This document shows, in pieces, positions 60,701 through 64,000 of a stretch of DNA of 64,000 nucleotides. The notes below the pieces were generated by a model. That model ran no database searches and was not told the DNA's origin. It saw nothing but the letters and a program-made list of their open reading frames with translations. A program made the translations under genes and the position numbers. How positions within the stretch are numbered: the stretch's first letter is position 1; each line of letters opens with the position of its first letter. The stretch comes from Owenia fusiformis (lineage: Eukaryota), in contig CAIIXF020000001.1 in NCBI GenBank assembly GCA_903813345.2, positions 10,850,001 through 10,914,000 of the forward strand, given 5' to 3'.

Positions 60701-60968
60701 AAAAAGGCATCAACATGCAAAATGTCACTACTTGCCATTTGTTACAGATGCCGAATGCCAGCCACTTTTGGTGGTAATATAAAGATTAATCCATTATTAA
60801 GAAAACTGCTACCAGCACATTAAAATCCTTTACATATTTTCTTTTTACATCTTTGTTGCTTTAAATAAAGAATTTATACATACCCATTTGAATTTCTGCC
60901 TACTTTGTCACATAATTCCATTATTAATGCCCAGTTTTCTGTCGTATTGAGCTCACTTGTGGCTTTTT
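48778..60968 (-). CDS. STAM: STAM (ESCRT-0; VHS-UIM-SH3-GAT/coiled coil-Q/P-rich tail), 5' partial
   Basis: Exons 60968-60884, 60454-60379, 59911-59813, 58160-58078, 57708-57642, 57226-57148, 56222-56074, 54045-53862, 52179-52094, 51963-51818, 51410-51245, 49554-49325, 48970-48778, with GT-AG boundaries and consistent phases. Domains: VHS ([29 protein letters not shown]), UIM ([16 protein letters not shown]), SH3 ([21 protein letters not shown]...NWWKG...GLFPANFV), C-terminus QQPLL*. The first exon was not found in the window. Confidence 0.95.
49613..50646 (+). mobile_element. Helentron-associated (HINE-like) element with internal tandem repeats
   Basis: Subterminal inverted repeat ATCCCATCGAAC (49646) / GTTCGATGGGAT (50633), four ~110-145-bp core repeats with AAAATGGCGGCCATTTT, a (GGAC)n microsatellite and a 3' hairpin. 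Confidence 0.75.
52739..53810. mobile_element. Tc1/mariner non-autonomous element in a STAM intron
   Basis: TA|CAGGGTGTCCGGAAAGTAAAGATACAAA...TTTGTATCTTTACTTTCCGGACACCCTA|TA, with imperfect TIRs of ~190 bp. Confidence 0.85.
54466..55997 (-). mobile_element. Non-autonomous LTR retroelement (TRIM-like) with 285-bp LTRs
   Basis: LTRs at 55713-55997 and 54466-54750 are identical by eye over 283 bp, and one has TG...CA ends. On the - strand, PBS TGGTGGCAGCG directly follows the 5' LTR and PPT AAAAGAAAGGGGGAAGA directly precedes the 3' LTR. There is no intact internal ORF. Confidence 0.88.
56542..57168 (-). repeat. 27-bp tandem array (~23 copies) made of the STAM exon end plus its splice donor
   Basis: Unit on the - strand: GAAGATGATATTGCAAAAG|GTATTGTA. 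The first donor follows 57148 and the last follows 56554 (594 = 22 x 27). Confidence 0.95.
58408..59277 (+). mobile_element. HINE-like element
   Basis: Subterminal inverted repeat TATCGCACTTTGAA (58429) / TTCAAAGTGCGATA (59261), three core repeats (AATCAGA.CTTGG...AGTCTGCTCTTGCATCTGTAAA), (GCCC)n and a 3' hairpin. A degenerate relative lies at ~3210-3395. Confidence 0.75.
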
Positions 60969-61336
60969 CTGAAAAACAGATATGAAGATTTGAACTAATT
61001 GGAATAACACTGAAGGAATTTACATGATCAATTGGGGGCAAATAGATTTTTAACAAAGTGTAAGAAATTCATATTTCCACTTTCAATTTGATGCACTGTA
61101 TGGAACATAAATGCTGGAATAATGTTATTGAATTCTGATATAAAAATGTACAAATACAAATGAGCAACTTTAAAGAGTAGAAAATCCTAATAAACATAAT
61201 ATGTTTCAATAATTTTTACTGGCTCCCTAGACTCCAAGGGTGATTTTAGGACTTTCAGCATGATGCCTACTCATAGATCTTGACTAGCCTTGCCTAAGTC
61301 GGTATTTCTTGATCTTCAATTGTAGTAATATAAAGA

Positions 61337-61595
61337 AACAAGACACTTTGTGAACAATATAACACCCTTGAAACCTGCAGACAAAATAGCCACCTTTACA
61401 TTTACCCAGAATTCCCGAAAACGAATCGGTTATAAACTTCAATATATGTAGAAACATTCCTGAAAATTTCAGATGAATCCCCCAAATGGTTTCACTGGAA
61501 ACCTGTAGAATGGTTACTACCGACAGACTGACCTACCACCCACCCACCAGACAAACTGTATACAAATAACATTATAGCCCCCAAGGGTGATATAA
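61337..61595 (+). mobile_element. Short HINE-like element
   Basis: AACAAG start, subterminal inverted repeat TATAACACCCTTG / CAAGGGTGATATA, and a degenerate (CCAC/GAC)n tract. Confidence 0.55.
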
Positions 61596-62171
61596 AAAAA
61601 TACACTGACTTAGGCAAGGCCAATTATTGACAGTGCCAAAGAATTTTGTAATAATTTTACTGCATCAAAAATTCTTGATTCGGGTAGTGATTTTTACATC
61701 GCATTGTAACAATTCAATCAGGAAGTGAAATGAGCCTTTGATGAACATAGCTTGCATCAATTGATACCTTTTAAGAATAAAGAGGTTTCACACAAATTAT
61801 AGCTAAAATGTATCCGTAATTGCATCTTATTTTAATTCAACTGATACATGTAAATCTGGTGAAACCTCACTACTATGATATCAAAGATGGATATGCATTG
61901 AACATTTTGTAATTGAAAGTAAGTGGCTGATTTCAGTATCTGTTTAAGGTTTCATGACTTTAAGGGATTAACTTGAACTTTAAGGCTGAGAGTACAAAAG
62001 AGAGAACAGCCTTAGAACAAGGAAAATCCTTATTTTGAATATATATATTTGATTTTCCTGCAGTCTTATTGTCCCACAATCATTTTCTGAAGGCTAAGCC
62101 ATTTGACTTTCAATTTTCTTATTTAGTAAAATTAAGAAGTGGCTCTGAACAACAAAGGCCAGGGTATAAAT

Positions 62172-62607
62172 CATAGATACTAGTATTCCGTAATTCCGCG
62201 GCGTGGACGGAATTTGACAAAAAATTTTTGCAGAATCCCTGATTTTCATGAAAATCCCGTGGAATTACCAGAATTTCCAGAAATTACATATTTTACGATC
62301 TCCTACCTTTGCGGGGTATTTGAAGAGTGTCTGTTTATGTCCAACAATCAATCATTATTGAGTACAAGTACGATTTTACCGTGAAATTCAACATTCTATC
62401 ACGTTTAAATTCGCTAAAGCGAGTTCGCTAATGACGCGCAGTTCTTACCTAGAAAGTAGCTGACTTCCGTTTCCGTTTTTCATCGTTTTAAAAGATTTCA
62501 GAATTTGGACTTTTTTTGAAAATTTGTGCAGAATTTCAATTTTCTCCTTGCAGAATTTGCTTTTTTTCTTGCAGAATTTTTTGCAGAATTTTGAACTAGT
62601 ATCTGTG
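62172..62607. mobile_element. hAT-like MITE with 6-bp TSD
   Basis: CATAGATACTAGT...ACTAGTATCTGTG, flanked by ATAAAT on both sides, with repeated GCAGAATTT subterminal motifs. Confidence 0.75.
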
Positions 62608-63294
62608 ATAAATCAGTGGCATTTTCACATACAATCTTGACAAACGTATGCACCTGTCCACTTTTTGATTCTAAAATCAAAACAAACATCTTAGCAGGTA
62701 TCAGGCAAAGTATAAACTACCCTCTCTGTGATGAACACGTACTTAGAGTAAACATATTCTTGTAGCTTCATAATAGGTGTTCACTATACACAGGTTTTAC
62801 TGCATTTGGAAAATAGAGTCATCAAATGTGCTAGACTAATGAAAGCAATCATAGACTGACAATAGTTATAGCAGGTTTAATTGCTACATTATGAAGCATT
62901 CTGACAAAATAGCTTCTTGCTAGCGCTAGGTTTCATTTCAACTTTTGGTCCTTTTCCTTTGGCACCTGTGCTTAGATATTTTGAAATGCAATCCTTTGAA
63001 ATTTTTGCTACAATGCAATTTAACCCAACTGTATAACAGGTACCATTGTGTTAAGTCATCCTTGTAATTGCAGCGATGAAACCTCAGATTTTTATCATAG
63101 AATAAAGAATGAGATAAGATTTTCATACCTACCTATCTCAAACCAAATTTGGAAATCAAAATTGTTCCTTAATTTAACCATTGGCCTGAGGTAGACTTCA
63201 TGATTGATTCTTGATGAACTTCATCTAATCAAGACAAATATCATCACATTTGTCCAGTAGTGACCCTGGACATCTAAGGCTTAGAAAATCAGTC

Positions 63295-63428
63295 TATATA
63301 ACAGTCAGTGGGTAGTTATGATTTGGGGCAAGACAAAATCATGATCTATACGAACTTCTCAAAGAAAGTAAAGATCATAATTTGGACTTGCCCCAAATAA
63401 TAACTGTACATTGACTGTGCTATATAAG
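63295..63428. repeat. Imperfect palindrome (small MITE)
   Basis: TATATAACAGTCA...TTTGGGGCAAG...ATGATCT / AGATCAT...CTTGCCCCAAA...TGACTGTGCTATATA. Confidence 0.55.
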
Positions 63429-64000
63429 ATATTTCAAAACAGAATGAGAAATTGAATCAATGGCACCTAAAGTAAACTTACATGTACCTGGTTAAGAAGG
63501 TTAAGTACAATGGTTCGAAAATCAAACTATTCACAAAGGTAAACGAGAACAGTCTATTCAAAGAGTGCAAATGAGAAATTTTACAAGTAAATTTTCTATT
63601 AATTACAATACAAACCTATTCCATGACATATGCTAATACCCCTAATTTGGAAAAATGGGCAAGTCCAAAAACAACAGGATAACCTGAATCCCTCTAGGTC
63701 AACTGACCTAACACCCCTTTATATGCTATATCTTCATAATTGTACGCAGTAAAACTTAAAAATACTGCGGGGAGGCCGGGTGGGCCTATGGTCATGGAAT
63801 AGGTTTGTATTGTAATTAATAGAAAATTTACTTGTAAAATTTCTCAATTACATACAATCCAACCTATTCCATGACATATGCTGAATTCAAAGTAAAGGAG
63901 GTGGGACCCCGATTAAGCCAAAAGTATAATAAATATATATACACAAGTACTTATAATAAAAAGTAAATTCATATTACCAAAAAGTACTCTGATCTCACAA

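Overview
This is AT-rich, intron-rich animal genomic DNA, probably from an invertebrate (a lophotrochozoan is plausible from the repeat families; this is inference). Three spliced housekeeping genes can be assembled exon by exon with GT-AG boundaries and consistent phases. CMC1 (-, 4 exons, 121 aa) lies head-to-head with PSMD14/Rpn11 (+, 10 coding exons, 312 aa), which lies tail-to-tail with STAM (-, 13 exons in the window; exon 1 is beyond the right edge). An intronless LRR-TM receptor-like gene sits antisense inside the last PSMD14 intron. The introns and intergenic DNA are dense with mobile elements: three different CAC...GTG elements that each have a 5-bp TSD (one is 6.7 kb with 240-bp TIRs and relic exons), a non-autonomous LTR element with identical LTRs, TA/TTAA/TWA MITEs, HINE-like elements and a LINE RT relic. 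The most unusual observation is a 27-bp tandem array built from the STAM exon end plus its splice donor, giving 22 in-frame GT donors in the middle of the ubiquitin-interacting motif. Also notable are three tandem duplications (72, 1208 and 2006 bp) whose breakpoints hug CAC...GTG elements. No tRNA, rRNA or CRISPR array was found, and the left ~18 kb has no gene I can support.
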